Below, piece by piece: positions 38,121-50,449 of a stretch of DNA of 64,000 bases. Position 1 is the first letter of the stretch; the number at the start of each line of letters is the position of its first letter. Origin of the DNA: Aplysia californica (lineage: Eukaryota); contig NW_004797343.1 of the NCBI RefSeq assembly GCF_000002075.1, forward strand, positions 861,942 through 925,941. The letters are read 5' to 3'. A program made the position numbers and the translations under genes. Below the pieces are notes generated by a model that searched no databases, had not been told where the DNA came from, and saw only the letters and a program-made list of their open reading frames with translations.

Positions 38121-38545
38121 AGGTATCTAAGTATCGAGTATGGTATCGATACCTACCCATCACTACAAGGGGGTGTAATTCCTATTCTTCTTGAGATTAG
38201 GCCCTAGGCTAAGCTAGAATCATAGAGTGAACCACACACACAATAGCCTAGTTCTGCCCCAGACTACACACTACACTACATTAGATCTAGACCTAGATTC
38301 TAGAATCTAAATTCTCTAACACACAGCATTATGATGATGATGACCCTCTGTGTGACTCGGCAGTCGACAGCATGAGCAGCAGTGTGATGAAACAGCTGAT
38401 CAGTATTAGTATCAGGACTCTGGACTCCCCCCTCCGCCACCTCCGCCTGCTGTCAACTTTGAGTTCACCAAAACAGCATTCTTCTTGTGATTACACAGCT
38501 AAATCTAGATTTAGACCATCTAGGTTTTCTGTGAGAACAAGAAAC

Positions 38546-38565
38546 ATGAGTACAAGAGCCAAAAA
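38546..38565 (+). CDS. Thioesterase-like gene, candidate exon 1 (MSTRAK-K)
   Basis: aacATGa start and gtaagg donor; phase 2 matches the acceptor phase of the next exon. Confidence 0.55.
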
Positions 38566-41500
38566 GTAAGGATTAAATAGTTGGAAGTGCCTATTTGCAA
38601 CGCGGTGTTCCAATTAGACTTTTAGTGAAGTGCCAGTGCTATAAAACGCAGCGTTGCAATTAGCGCCAGATAAAACGCTGTATTGCCTTGTGTAAAATAT
38701 CAAGCTTTATCTGCACTTCGTTATCGGTAGTTCTGATGGTCAAATGGACAGCGCGTCTGCGCTTGAAGTCAAACCATTTTTTTTTTGGAAGTGCCTATTT
38801 GCAACGCCGCGTTGCCATAGCGCCAGTGCTAAAAATAAAACACTCTATGTGTTAGCCTAGGCTACATCATGAAGCTTAATCTACCCTTCGTTGTTGGAAG
38901 TTCTGATGGCCAAAGTGACAGCGCGTCTGCGTTTGAAGCCAAACTATTATTTTACGAAGTGATTATTCGGACTCGAGTCCGAATATGAAAAAATGTTATT
39001 CGGACTCTGATTCTTGTCCAGCATGACATCACTTCCGACTTCCTGTGACTCGTGAATCCGGCTTCCTGTCCTGCCTCACTTGTGACTCGCCTCAAGCTGG
39101 GTAGAGACCGGGATCACTTCGGGCAGAAAGGCGTTTTGTGCAGGAGCCGAGTTTTAATCTTATGATGAATTTGAGGCCGGCCTGAAAAGTTATAGCACTT
39201 CAAATAAATGTTTATTTATCAAGAGGTCATCAGAAGCAATTAAAGATGGCTCGTTAGTATGTGTCGGGGTCGGATGGGCGGCCTGCACACGTGTGGCTGT
39301 GTGCATGTCGGGGAGGGTGGTGGGGGGGGCACTTTCGGTCCGGGCTTTGAACGTCGCATAAGCGTCGGTCTTTTTCCCCCCGGCCACTGATCATTATTAC
39401 AATAATAAGCTAGTCTTGACGTAGATCTACGTAATGAATTGTGCGCTAGTCTATGAAATCAAAAGTTGCCGTATGCTCAGCTCTACACAGCAGCACAACT
39501 TTTTCTTGGTAAACAATCGATATGACACGTACAGGCTTGTGTATTTGAACGAATCAGACTTTTTTTTTTTTTTTTTACACAGCTCATAATATGCCAGGTG
39601 GTCTGCTAATCTTCAATTTTACCTTTTTCTACAACAAAGAAAGTGGGAAACGTGGGGGGGGGGGGGGGGCGTATCAATGAGACGGCGGGCATTGGATAGG
39701 CAGATAAGGTGTGGGGGAAACTAAAAAATGGCGGAAAATTGGAAGCACTGAACGTTAGATCTATAGAACGAAGACACTTCCTTTTTTCCGGACCCGAGTC
39801 CGAATAACATTTTTTTCATATTCGGACTCGAGTCCGAATAAGAATTTGGAGTCCGAATAACGACGGCCATTATTTTATGAGCGTGGGTTTGATCCCGGTC
39901 CTTATAGTATTTTTTTTTTTTCTTTTTTTTTCCGAAGTGGCTTGCCGTGCTTGGCTAGACTGCCAGTCTAGCCGTACTTAGATCTAGGTTTGGCCCTATC
40001 GACTCAAACCTGTTGAGTACACAGGGCTCATTAAAGATCTAGATCTAGATCTTGTAATTCAGGTTTAAAATTATAATGCTATCAGTAAGGCACCTTTTGG
40101 TTTTTTGTTTGAATACAAATACTTTAGGCATTGCAAACAAAAAATTTCATTTACATTTCAGCCATCATTATTATTAAGTACGGCTAGCCTGGCTGTCTAG
40201 CCGTCCTTAAGTACGGCTAGCCTCGTCGTCACGGCTAGCCAAGCAGTGTAGCCGTAGAGGAGCTCGAAAGTAGGCCTTAGTATAGCCTACATATATATTA
40301 TATACTTTTCCTTAATAAAAATACCAATTAGGTCTGATTAAAGTTCAATACAGTGGAGTCCACTTATAACGAGTCTGGAAAAAATGAGAAGTCTGTTATA
40401 AAGGCACTATTCTAAATCCCCGTTTTTTTCTTCTCTTTACCTTTGTTAAACAAAATACTGCTATAGCGCTATCAGACACACTTGCGAGTCGGTTATAGCG
40501 GAATATTGCTGCTGCTGTGCACATGGTATATAGGCCAATACATAATGCAAGACCTCGCCAGTTGAGAAACTTGTTGCTAGTCTTGCGAACAAAGAATAGG
40601 AGAGCCCATGTGCGTCAACAATGAAGGGCGGAGCAACTGAGTAGGGAGGGTCTGGCATGCGCAGACAAGCAGAACGCATCGCGTGGTAGGCCAGTTTAGA
40701 TTATCAAGGCCTGCCATGCCTCTCACTTCTCCGATGCGGGGATGGAGAGGTCACCGCAGTGTGATGGATGGAGCGAATGTGTGACGTGCGCAAGCAGACA
40801 ATGCACCACAGGGTGGGATGGGGTGGGGGGAAAACACAACGGACGAGTTAGCCCAGAGCCCTTTCTTTCTGATCGCCAACACCGAGCTGTCAGTCCACAT
40901 CGCTAGATCTAGCGCTAGAGAAACAAACCTGATTCGATTTTTGATCAAGTAATAGACCTAGGGGTCATGTTGAAATAAAATCATCATCACGGGGGATAGC
41001 AAAAGGAAAAACAGAACACCAAACTCAAAGATTAGGCCTACTTTACAGTTTCCCTTGAATTTATTACTGTACTGGATCCGGTATAGCGAGAATCCTGCTA
41101 TAACGGACATTTTGCTTTAGTCCCCTCCCTCTCGTTATAACAGGATTCCATTGTAGTGACTTTCCTTGGTCTGTGAGTCTAATTCTTATTTTTTTAAAAA
41201 CCCATATATTTTAGACTGGAGAAGAAAAAAAAAGGCCGGCACTATTTCTCCGAACGTTCGGGAAAATATAAAGCTTTGCACTATTTCTCCGAACACTCTG
41301 AAATCACATCCTTTCCCGCGAATTTTGGATATATAGATATATATTTATATTATTACCCTTCTCCCTCCGAGACCTAACATTGACAACACACTCTATGAAA
41401 CATTACAGAAACTGCAGCAAACCTGCACTTATCACTACATGGCATTGGACAGAAGGGGGAGAGCCCAGCTGTTGCTGGATCGATAACAACAACAACAACA

Positions 41501-44500
41501 TTTATATTATAGGCCTACCAAAGATTGTTCGTATACAATTTAAGGTTCAATCTGTCCAAAAAATGTCCGCAGTAAATATAAAGAAATGTTACAGTTCCAA
41601 ACAGTTTTTCGCTACAGATATGATGTGTTGCCTATGAAGGGTGCTTCTCTTAAACTTTATGTGTTGTGTTCACTCTTGTGCTGTCTAGATCTAGATCTAT
41701 GGAGGGTTATTGATAACAACGCATAGAACTAGCATATCTGTGCGTTTGTCGCGGCCGCGACTCAATCAATTAAGGCTCGATTTGTTTGCATTTTTTGGTC
41801 CCTAAATCGGGGAATAAAAGTCAAAAAAAAAAAGAAAAAGAAACCGAACATCTTTACTTTTGAAAGAAAGTTCACTTAGCTTCACTTTGTCTCTCTCACT
41901 TGTTGTCACCACGTTGATTTGTTGAATACGTTACATTATATACGATTTGTATTGCCGTTCCTCTTTTATTTTTCCCTCTTTGTGGTGTTTTATTTTGTTG
42001 GTCATGTAATTTTTTTTTCTTGTTATTGTCCTGATGTGTTGTTTTTTTATTAATTTTTTTGTTGTTGGGAAATTAGAGGGGGGGGGGGGATGTTGTATAG
42101 TGTAACCTAATTTAATTTGATGTTCCTACCTTCATTAGGACGTACACGATTCTCTCTACAATACGCAATTAAACAAAGCTCAACACCAGAGAACCCTGCA
42201 CACAACTGTATTTTCAGAACTAACTCAGACACCATCATAAACAAATTCCAAAACAACGAAAAACTCACCAAACCGTTCAGCCTCAGAGTCCTTGAGGACC
42301 TTAAAAACATATATACTTTTCCAAACAAGACCTTCAACAATTTCTTTTCCCCGAACTCCCTCCGTGGCGTGGCACCTCACCAAGGCAAAAGTAGACACAC
42401 AACTGACCACACACACCAAAGCAAGCACAAACACCAAAACATTTAAAGCAGCATACAACAAGAAACTTTTAGAAAAATATGGCGATGCGGAGCTAATCTT
42501 CACAAATGACCCTAAGTCGGACTCCGCTGTGGGCGCCGCTGCCTTATCCTCAAAACAGTACTCAGCAGAGGAGACTCTATCCATTTTCTCTGTGGAGGCC
42601 AGCCATTGACATGGCACTGGACTCCGTAGAAAGTTCTCCAAACAAATCTTTCCTTATCCTTTCTGACTCTTTGTCTTTCATCACCTCACTTACACAAACT
42701 ACACACTCTTACTCCCCAAAATAGTTAGGTTGCAAAAAAAATACACGCTTTGGCTGAAACCAGGAAAAGTATCGTGTTCGCATGGCTACCTAGCCATGTG
42801 GGCGTCTGAGGAAACAAGCAAGTGGACCTCCTGGCAAAGGAATCCTTTTCCCTTATGTTGGGATCAATGACGAACACTCTCCCACAGACTGACGTTAACT
42901 TTAAAAATAAAGTAAAAAACTACACCTCCAGTCTGTGGGAGACTCATTGGAAAAAGCAACAAAACAATAAATTGTACAACATCAAACTGAAACTAGGTCC
43001 GCGAAATCCTTTGAGCCTGTCCAGAAGAGACAAAGTCATTTTTATTCGATTACGCATTGGACACACGTTCCTGACTCACAAATACCTCCTTCAGGGAGAT
43101 GAGAAGCCATTTTGTGTTGGATGCGACACAGATCACATTTCAACAAAATGTGTAGACTTCGGAGAGACCCGAAGGAAAGGTTTTAGATGCAAAAAATTGC
43201 AAGATCTGTTTTCTGTCATAGAGCTTGCTGTTGAGCAGAGATTTGCGCTTTACCAATGCTATCTATTATGATTTTCAAATCAGCGGGGCGGGTGTTCTGA
43301 TGTAGTTTCCTCCTTCTTTCCTAGGACTAGATCTATCAGACAATAAATTTGTGGGACGACATGGTGAAATCAGGTACTTGTCAATTTTTTGGGCATGTGG
43401 AGTTATTGGTATCATCTTGCTTTCAAAGAAAAAAATAGCCATCTGTCTTAAATAGAAATCAAGATATTTCTGATTGAAGGAGAGAGGACTCGCCTGGTTT
43501 CTGTAGTGAAGTTATATAGGGGACAAAATGTGCGTCAAAGTTACGAAACTCCAATAGTCAAAGAGTCCTTGTAAACTGAAAAATGACATATTTTGTGCCT
43601 TTAATCAATGTTTTTCAGTAAAATTCATATATGGAAATATAAATGTCTTTATATGGACGTAAAAGGGGTTGAGGTAAAAAACAAAAATTTGATAAAAATT
43701 GCCAAACTGGGAGAAAAATTGCCTGTTTCTCCGATTGCGTTATTTTGACGAGCGCCTGATTTCACCACGCTGCCTCACATTTAGTTTTTTATCGTCGCTC
43801 TGCTGATAAAATAACTCTGACTAGATCTATAATGACCAACTATTATGGTGCGTAATAAAATAGCCTAATTGTCATGAAAACCATTTCAAGGTCGATCCAC
43901 AGGTCCTCGATAAACAAGAGGAGTCAGCGGTATGCATAGTAAAATACAGTAGGGCACCTTTAAAAGTCAATCATCTGTACAAATGGCCACTTCCCATTAA
44001 TTCGTCTCTTTCATTTTAAAATATATACCCTGACACTGTCTAAGACAACCACCAGTCCAAATATGACCACTTAATTTTCTCCTTGACATTGGGTGGCCTT
44101 TTAAGACAGTTTTGACTAGTTACAAAATGGGTTAACTGTTGTGCCAGTGCATGGTAGCAAAATTATTGGCGGGATCTGGAAATCTTGTCTAAATGTACGA
44201 ATTTCTCTTTAGATATATGTAACCTACGTATTTTGAACATTTGAAGAATGTGGAGAGGAAAATTTGGGAGCTGCAAATATGTTCACTATGAGGGGGTTTT
44301 GAATATTAGAAATGTGTGTATGCTAGATAGATCTATATGAGGCAGCATGGTGAAATCAGACGCTCGTCAAAATTATGAAACTGAAGGAATTGGCATTTTT
44401 CCACCAGCTCTAGTTTTGCAATTTTTATTGAATTTTTGTTTCTTGGCTTAACACCTTTTATATTAATTTAAAAACACATTTCTGTTTGGATTTTACTGAA

Positions 44501-47500
44501 AAACGTTGATTAGAGGCACAAATAATGTAAGTTTTCAGTTTCCACGGACTATCAAACTTTGTGACCATTTTCTCGATAATTCTACCTTTTAGACCAGGCG
44601 ATCCCACCTTCTTTAATCTCAGTATAATTATGATTTTGACTTTTGTTCAAGATAGATGGGCATTTTTTTTACCGACACCAAGACAACTGACCAAGCTTTA
44701 AGATACCAATAACTCCACATGCCCAAAAACTGACAAGCACCTGATTCCACTGCTCAGTGACATATTATATAGGCCTACTTATTAAATTGAAGATTTTCCT
44801 ACATTTTTAAGTTAGTTATTATTATTTAATTCTTTGGGTTTTTTTCCCAGGGACCTATCATTCTGGCAGGATAACTTCAAGCAATGGACAGTTAAGGATA
44901 TTTCGGTCATCCAAGAACCTTACTCTGCCACGCTGAGGGTTCCTGGTTTGACTCCCGAGAGCTTCAACCGATATGGTGAAATTTGCTGAAAATTGTTCAT
45001 CACTGTTAACACTTTTTGTTGTTCAGTCCACGAATGTCTTTGAGACACTTTTTTTCAGTTCTGCCATTGTTAACATTCTGTTGTACAGTGAGTCGCATGG
45101 ACTTGGTCAGCTCGGCCAGAGAAAAACTTGCATTGTAATACACTAATAAACACACAAGGGACAAATGTCTGTAATAGTCTTTATTATAGTGTATGAGTGA
45201 GAACTTGTAAATTGCATTGTGAACAGAATGGCCACAACATTTGTCTCTTGCTTTGGTCACAACATTTGTCTCATGCTTTGATCACAACATTTGTCTCATG
45301 CTTTGATCACAACATTTGTCTCATGCTTTGGTCACAACATTTGTCTCATGCTTTGATCACAACATTTGTCTCTTGCTTTGATCACAACATTTGTCTCATG
45401 CTTTGGTCACAACATTTGTCTCATGCTTTGATCACAACATTTGTCTCTTGCTTTGATCACAACATTTGTCTCATGCTTTGGTCACAACATTTGTCTCATG
45501 CTTTGGTTTTCAAGATACCTAGGCCTTATGTTACAAAAGATTATTTTTTACCTTCACAACACCAGGCTATTTTTAGCCTTCATTTCAGCCTGTCTCAGGT
45601 TCATTATGTTGGAGTCCTTGGCTCCTCAAACCCAGCCAAAACTGATTGTTTTGGTAATCTTAGGAAGACTTAGAAAAAAATTCTATACTGCTTTCATTTG
45701 AAGTTTCAGAAAATAATGTGTGTAGAATATTTTTCAGAGACAAACATTTGGATAGATTACAATTAATTAAGTACCTGACTGGGTCTGAACGCTGTGGCCC
45801 TGTGGGNNNNNNNNNNNNNNNNNNNNNNNNNNNNNNNNNNNNNNNNNNNNNNNNNNNNNNNNNNNNNNNNNNNNNNNNNNNNNNNNNNNNNNNNNNNNNN
45901 NNNNNNNNNNNNNNNNNNNNNNNNNNNNNNNNNNNNNNNNNNNNNNNNNNNNNNNNNNNNNNNNNNNNNNNNNNNNNNNNNNNNNNNNNNNNNNNNNNNN
46001 NNNNNNNNNNNNNNNNNNNNNNNNNNNNNNNNNNNNNNNNNNNNNNTGAGTGTGGGGGGGGGGATGAGAACTGGAGAGGAAAATGTACACAGCGAGGGCT
46101 GTATAGTACAGAGATAGAAGGGGTTAACATCATCACTTCAAGGTTTAGGTCTTGGAGTATTTAAATTGTGAGGGGATTAATTATGTGATCAATTATATTC
46201 CATTTGTTGAATATTTTACATGCTGCCATTTTTGCTGATTTTTCCTGTCATGTAGTGAAAAATATTGTTAGCATGTTGTATCTAATAAAGGGACTGAATT
46301 CGTATAGGGAGATATGAAAATATATATACTAACGTTACAATAAAGGTTTCAAAGTTTAACTTTCTTAATTTAGCCCCTCCGACTTGGATGCCTTAGAAGT
46401 TAGATCCACACAGCAGCTTCTTTCTTGAGTTAGTATTGCTGCCATCTTTTGTCTACTTCCCATCCACAAATGTGTTCCCAAATCTTTTATGCTCGCACCA
46501 AATGTTTTCACAAGAATGTGAAATGTGCACTACTCCATTGAATAGGAGTTACATCCTTGGACTTGTACTCCCAGTGCGGTGTATTGGCTACAGCTGTTTT
46601 CCCCTTATAATATAAAAAGTTGCTATTAATTAAAATGAAAGGCAAAAATACCAGTCTGATTGTAGTTGAATACATATAGTTTGAGATGTACTTAATTGAT
46701 GTGCTGAAATTTACCACCAGAGAAGTTTATGATATTTCTGTGTGTACAAAGTTAAAACAACACTTTAGATAGTAGTCTCCGCCTAAGATCCCGATGCTTG
46801 GGAACAAGGAAAATGCGGAATCTTAGGCGATTGGGATCTTACCGAATCTGAGGGAAGAATTTACGGGGACCCATGTTAAGGCAAACAACTGGTAAAATGG
46901 TCTCCTTTCACTTTAAAATCAAATGACGTGACCTTTGGGTGGGTTTATGACATACATGTATTATGTCGAGCAAAGAGTGGTCTTGATGACCAATCACAGT
47001 GGCATTAGGCGTGCCATTTCTTTGCCTATCCAGTGGCCCCTGCCCATTACACATCCAAAATATGTATAGCTTTCCATCTCTGACTGAGTTTCCCCCACCT
47101 TTGTCGTTACGCACCATTACATTGTGACCACACCAATTAAAATTCAGTCTGTCTCTCAAATTCAGGATTTGAGACAACAATGGTCAGGGAAGAGTTTTGC
47201 AACACTGTTTGACACTGTGTGATCTCATTCATGAGAGTGGCTGATCTTTAACGTGACGGGTAATTTAATGATCTCAACTTTTGACTCTTGGATGATAGGC
47301 TGTACCCGCCTGGGTTTTTTTTTCTGTAGATTATGATCTGAAATGGGGGGGTCTTAGCCGAATGTAGACCTTCAGAATGAATCAGAGTGGGGTTTTAGGG
47401 GTGTCTTTTTTTTGTAGTAAAAATTCTGTTATCTGAAAACAGCTGGTCTTAGGCGAACCGGGATCGTGAACGGTGGGATCTTAGTCGGAGACTGCTACAT

Positions 47501-49900
47501 TAGAAAGAAAAGACTTTTGTAAATATACTACAGTCTAGCATACACATAGCGAAAATACACAACGAAACATGCACATTGCAAACAGATTTCAGGTCCCAAA
47601 TATTTTTTAATGTATTCTTTGTATATATATATATAAAACAAATACGAAGCGAAATAGTACATAGTGTAAAGATTTACGCATCCCACCGGTTTTGCAATGT
47701 GTGTGCTAGACATTGGTAACTCAACCATCGTATTTCTTATTGTACTGACTGGTTGTTTTTTTTACTGTATTTTGATTCCTTCCAGCTAACCCACAGGCAC
47801 AGAGCCTGCTCTTCGTTGCCTTGTCTGCCCGTGTTTTCATGTTCCACGAACCTTACAATGATGCTGGTGATATATTCATGGATTGGGCTCGAACCACGTC
47901 AGACCGTCTTATATTCATATCTTCAACTGAAGTGAGTTTTTCAAGGGCCTTGTATGATCCAGAAGTGAAGAAAACTGAACTTGATGTCAAAATCAAACTG
48001 GGTTACGTGGGAAATGCCTCAGTTGCCATGGTCACAGAACTGTATTCCCCTGACAACAAGGATGAGCCAATATGCTCCCAGGTTGCTCAAACTGTGTCGA
48101 TAGACAAGAGCACAAGGAAACCCACGCCATTCCAGGATTGGTTCAGAGACAAGTTTGTGGGGAGAGGTATACGAGACAGGGGTCTCGTCATTCGACCTTT
48201 TGAAAGGCCAGAAAATGCATTCCCTTACGAACTCAAGGTGAGTACCTACCCTATTGTTACTGATAAGTCTCTGTAAGTAAAAAGTGAGTGTATGGTTTTA
48301 ACACCACTATCAACACTGCAAGGTTATTTAAGAGGGGGGGGGGGGGGGACATCTGAATTTAAAGTCTGTCTTCGATAGGCCAAAGCCAAATGGATTGTGA
48401 GCCAGCCTTGAAAACTCTACTTAATGACCCTAGCTCAAGAATGCCCAGTCTGGGATTTGAGCCAGGGCCATCCACTCTGTAGTCCAGCATGATACTTTCT
48501 GAGCTAATGGAGCGCCTTAAGTCTCCGTGTATATCTTTGTGTACTGTCTAGCACGTAAACATCCTGTACTTCGTGGTTGCCGCGCGCCAGTTCTAGTAAA
48601 CTACCAAGAAATGGTGTTTCTTGCCCCGTTCTTTGAAAAATAGGTAAATTTTAGGTAATATAATATTTTTACACTAAGTAATGAGCCATTTCTCATTTCA
48701 TGGTTATTAGTAAATAATGTTACTTTACGGCCTACTGATTTTTATCAAGATAATCTGTGGAAGTGCAGCTTTATACCAATTCCAGTGTGAGCTAAATTAT
48801 TAAAGTTATGGTGAACTTTTTTTTAATGCTTAAAAGTACTTGTATGTTGAATCTAATGGAATTTTTGCATTCAGCATGCTAAATTACATTATAAATTTAA
48901 ACGAATCAGTCTCATATCTGTAATTATCATTTAATTTTATGAAAGTTAACACTTACAAAAGATGTGTTTTTGCACATTCTTTTTGCCATCGTGCGAAATG
49001 AGGCTTTCAGTCATTTTCACGATGGCATACTTCCAACATTCTTTTTTCTATGCTGACCCCCAAAAAAATTGAGCTTTTACCCTGCATTATCAACATCATG
49101 TAGTTTTGACTTTGCTGGATAATAACTTTCCAAGCCTCTGAAATTGGCATTTTGTGGTGTAGCAAGTAAAATTTGTTCACTAAAAAGCCATTTTCATATA
49201 ATTTTATGTGTTTACAGAATAATCGGAATTATAAGCTCAAGGATTTTTTAAACGTTAAGTCTTTGTATGCCTCAATATTATCCTTAACTTCAAGAAGACA
49301 TAATATATGAGTATGTGCATTGTCATTACATGATTTTGTGGCTGTTCAAAGTCCTGCTTTTTTAACATACGCTCCATGAAATGTTCTACATTTTGATTGA
49401 ATTTCAACAGTGATGACTTTTTATTGGCTAATTTTAATGTTTTAAACGGTGAGTTTCATCATTTTTACTGCTCTTTCTGATCCATTGAAGAAAATCTACT
49501 TTTGGGAAATTTTAATTTTTTAATTTGTGGTACCTGCATGATTACTTTGATAGCATGCTTTTCTGTATATTTGTAGGTTCGATGGAGTGACACAGATGGT
49601 TATAACCATGTCAACGCCTTAAAGTACATCACATTTGCCGAGGATGCTGTGCATGCTGCTTTGGTTCACTCTGAAAGTGGGGAGAAGACTCACAACACTG
49701 CTCTGAGAGGCCTTACAGAGGACTTTCTGATTAACGGTTTCAAGAGTATGCAGATTTCATTTCAGAATGAGAGTTTGGAGGGTGAGAATCTTGTGGCTTA
49801 CGTGTGGCAGCCGGAAGAGGAGGATCCTTCTGTCGTTAAATGTTCTATAGAGAGGAATGATCAAAGGATTTGCCAGCTTCGATTTGAGTATTATGACTAG
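38546..49900 (+). CDS. Acyl-ACP-thioesterase-like double hot-dog protein, spliced: join(38546-38565,44851-44975,47786-48237,49577-49900), ~306 aa
   Basis: GT-AG introns with compatible phases (2,1,0). Motifs include LGYVGNAS, V.IDKSTRKPTP..DWF and VRWSDTDGYNHVNALKY, which resembles the D-x-D-x-x-x-H-V-N thioesterase motif. Exon 1 is the least certain. Confidence 0.8.
38955..39868 (-). mobile_element. Element A copy 2 (inverted, without nested element B)
   Basis: TSD attatttta at 38946-38954 and 39869-39877; closely similar to the reverse complement of 8057-8394 plus 9931-10555. Confidence 0.88.
40351..41153. mobile_element. Tc1/pogo-type MITE, longer copy of 16415-17020
   Basis: TA|CAGTGGAGTCC...GGATTCCATTG|TA. 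Confidence 0.8.
41234..42065 (+). mobile_element. Partial element B copy joined to a CTAG-element end (41729 onward)
   Basis: Matches 8395-8830, including the junction to ctagca..tgcgtttgtcgcggccgcga. Confidence 0.7.
42120..43220 (+). mobile_element. Degraded Nimb/I-clade LINE (RNase H and C-terminal region)
   Basis: IFTNDPKS, SIFSVEA, ILSDSLS, WLPSHVG, RLRIGHTFLTHKYLL; near-copy of 22165-22820. Confidence 0.8.
43349..44765. mobile_element. Two oppositely oriented ~430-bp TIR elements (~43349-43779 and ~44337-44762)
   Basis: Shared terminal motif ..catggtgaaatcagg..c.tgtcaa and mutually reverse-complementary interiors; superfamily unassigned. Confidence 0.55.
44851..44975 (+). CDS. Thioesterase-like gene exon 2 (DLSFWQDNFKQ...PGLTPESFNRY)
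   Basis: tttttcccag acceptor, open frame, gtgaaa donor, phase joins exon 3. Confidence 0.75.
45231..45505. repeat. Minisatellite, 11 copies of a 25-bp unit (RTCACAACATTTGTCTCWTGCTTTG)
   Basis: Head-to-tail units with no spacers. Confidence 0.95.
46770..47497. mobile_element. Tc1/pogo-type MITE with both TIRs (family of 12137 and 60046)
   Basis: tagtagtctccgcctaagatcc...ggatcttagtcggagactgcta. Confidence 0.75.
47786..48237 (+). CDS. Thioesterase-like gene exon 3 (first hot-dog domain and linker)
   Basis: ttccag acceptor, 150 open codons (track ORF 47821-48276), gtgagt donor. Confidence 0.88.
48285..48517 (-). mobile_element. Degraded tRNA-derived SINE; possible relative at ~52640-52835
   Basis: Minus strand ggcgctccattagctcag...ggctcaaatccc A/B-box-like head. 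Confidence 0.45.
49577..49900 (+). CDS. Thioesterase-like gene exon 4 (second hot-dog domain, VRWSDTDGYNHVN...YYD*)
   Basis: ttgtag acceptor, open to TAG (track ORF 49649-49900). Confidence 0.88.
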   Translation, partial: VRWSDTDGYNHVNALKYITFAEDAVHAALVHSESGEKTHNTALRGLTEDFLINGFKSMQISFQNESLEGENLVAYVWQPEEEDPSVVKCSIERNDQRICQLRFEYYD

Positions 49901-50449
49901 AATGTGATAGAAGGATACTTTGAGGCAACGGGCCATAGCGTGNNNNNNNNNNNNNNNNNNNNNNNNNNNNNNNNNNNNNNNNNNNNNNNNNNNNNNNNNN
50001 NNNNNNNNNNNNNNNNNNNNNNNNNNNNNNNNNNNNNNNNNNNNNNNNNNNNNNNNNNNNNNNNNNNNNNNNNNNNNNNNNNNNNNNNNNNNNNNNNNNN
50101 NNNNNNNNNNNNNNNCAATCTGGTGGTCCCCACAAACTGTGCAGTTCGCTTTAGATCCTCTAAGCCAGAGACCATAAATACTGAGATGATGCAATCCTTC
50201 TTCAGCCTTTGTGCACTGTTGGAGAATCTAGGCCAGTGATGGGGGCGCGTTGTTCTGAGCAGCGAAGAGCCTACACAGCACTTGCAGTATTTCTAACACC
50301 TGCTGTGCAGTGACTAGTTGTCCCCATTAGTTGCAGCGGATCAGCTCATACATTTATGTATTAGCGCTATCTGTATGTCATGCATATGTATGCCATTTTC
50401 TGATTTTCTGTAAGGGCTGGACTTTGACATCTTCCAGTGAATGCCTGAA

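Larger units (their letters stand above)
35920..38165. mobile_element. hAT-type MITE (TAGTGATGGG...CCCATCACTA), 8-bp TSD, hosting four nested insertions
   Basis: TSD caaggggg at 35912-35919 and 38166-38173; ggtatcgatacc subterminal repeats. Confidence 0.88.

Noticed and set aside
36177-38207. Three paralogous small ORFs (MGHSAKKVSAGS...) suggesting a tandem gene family
   Set aside because: They lie within three MITE copies, start inside the TIR and resemble no protein I recognise.
45231-45505. Possible CRISPR array or repeat-protein ORF (45197-45673)
   Set aside because: No spacers, eukaryotic intronic context and no cas genes; the ORF is a by-product of the minisatellite.
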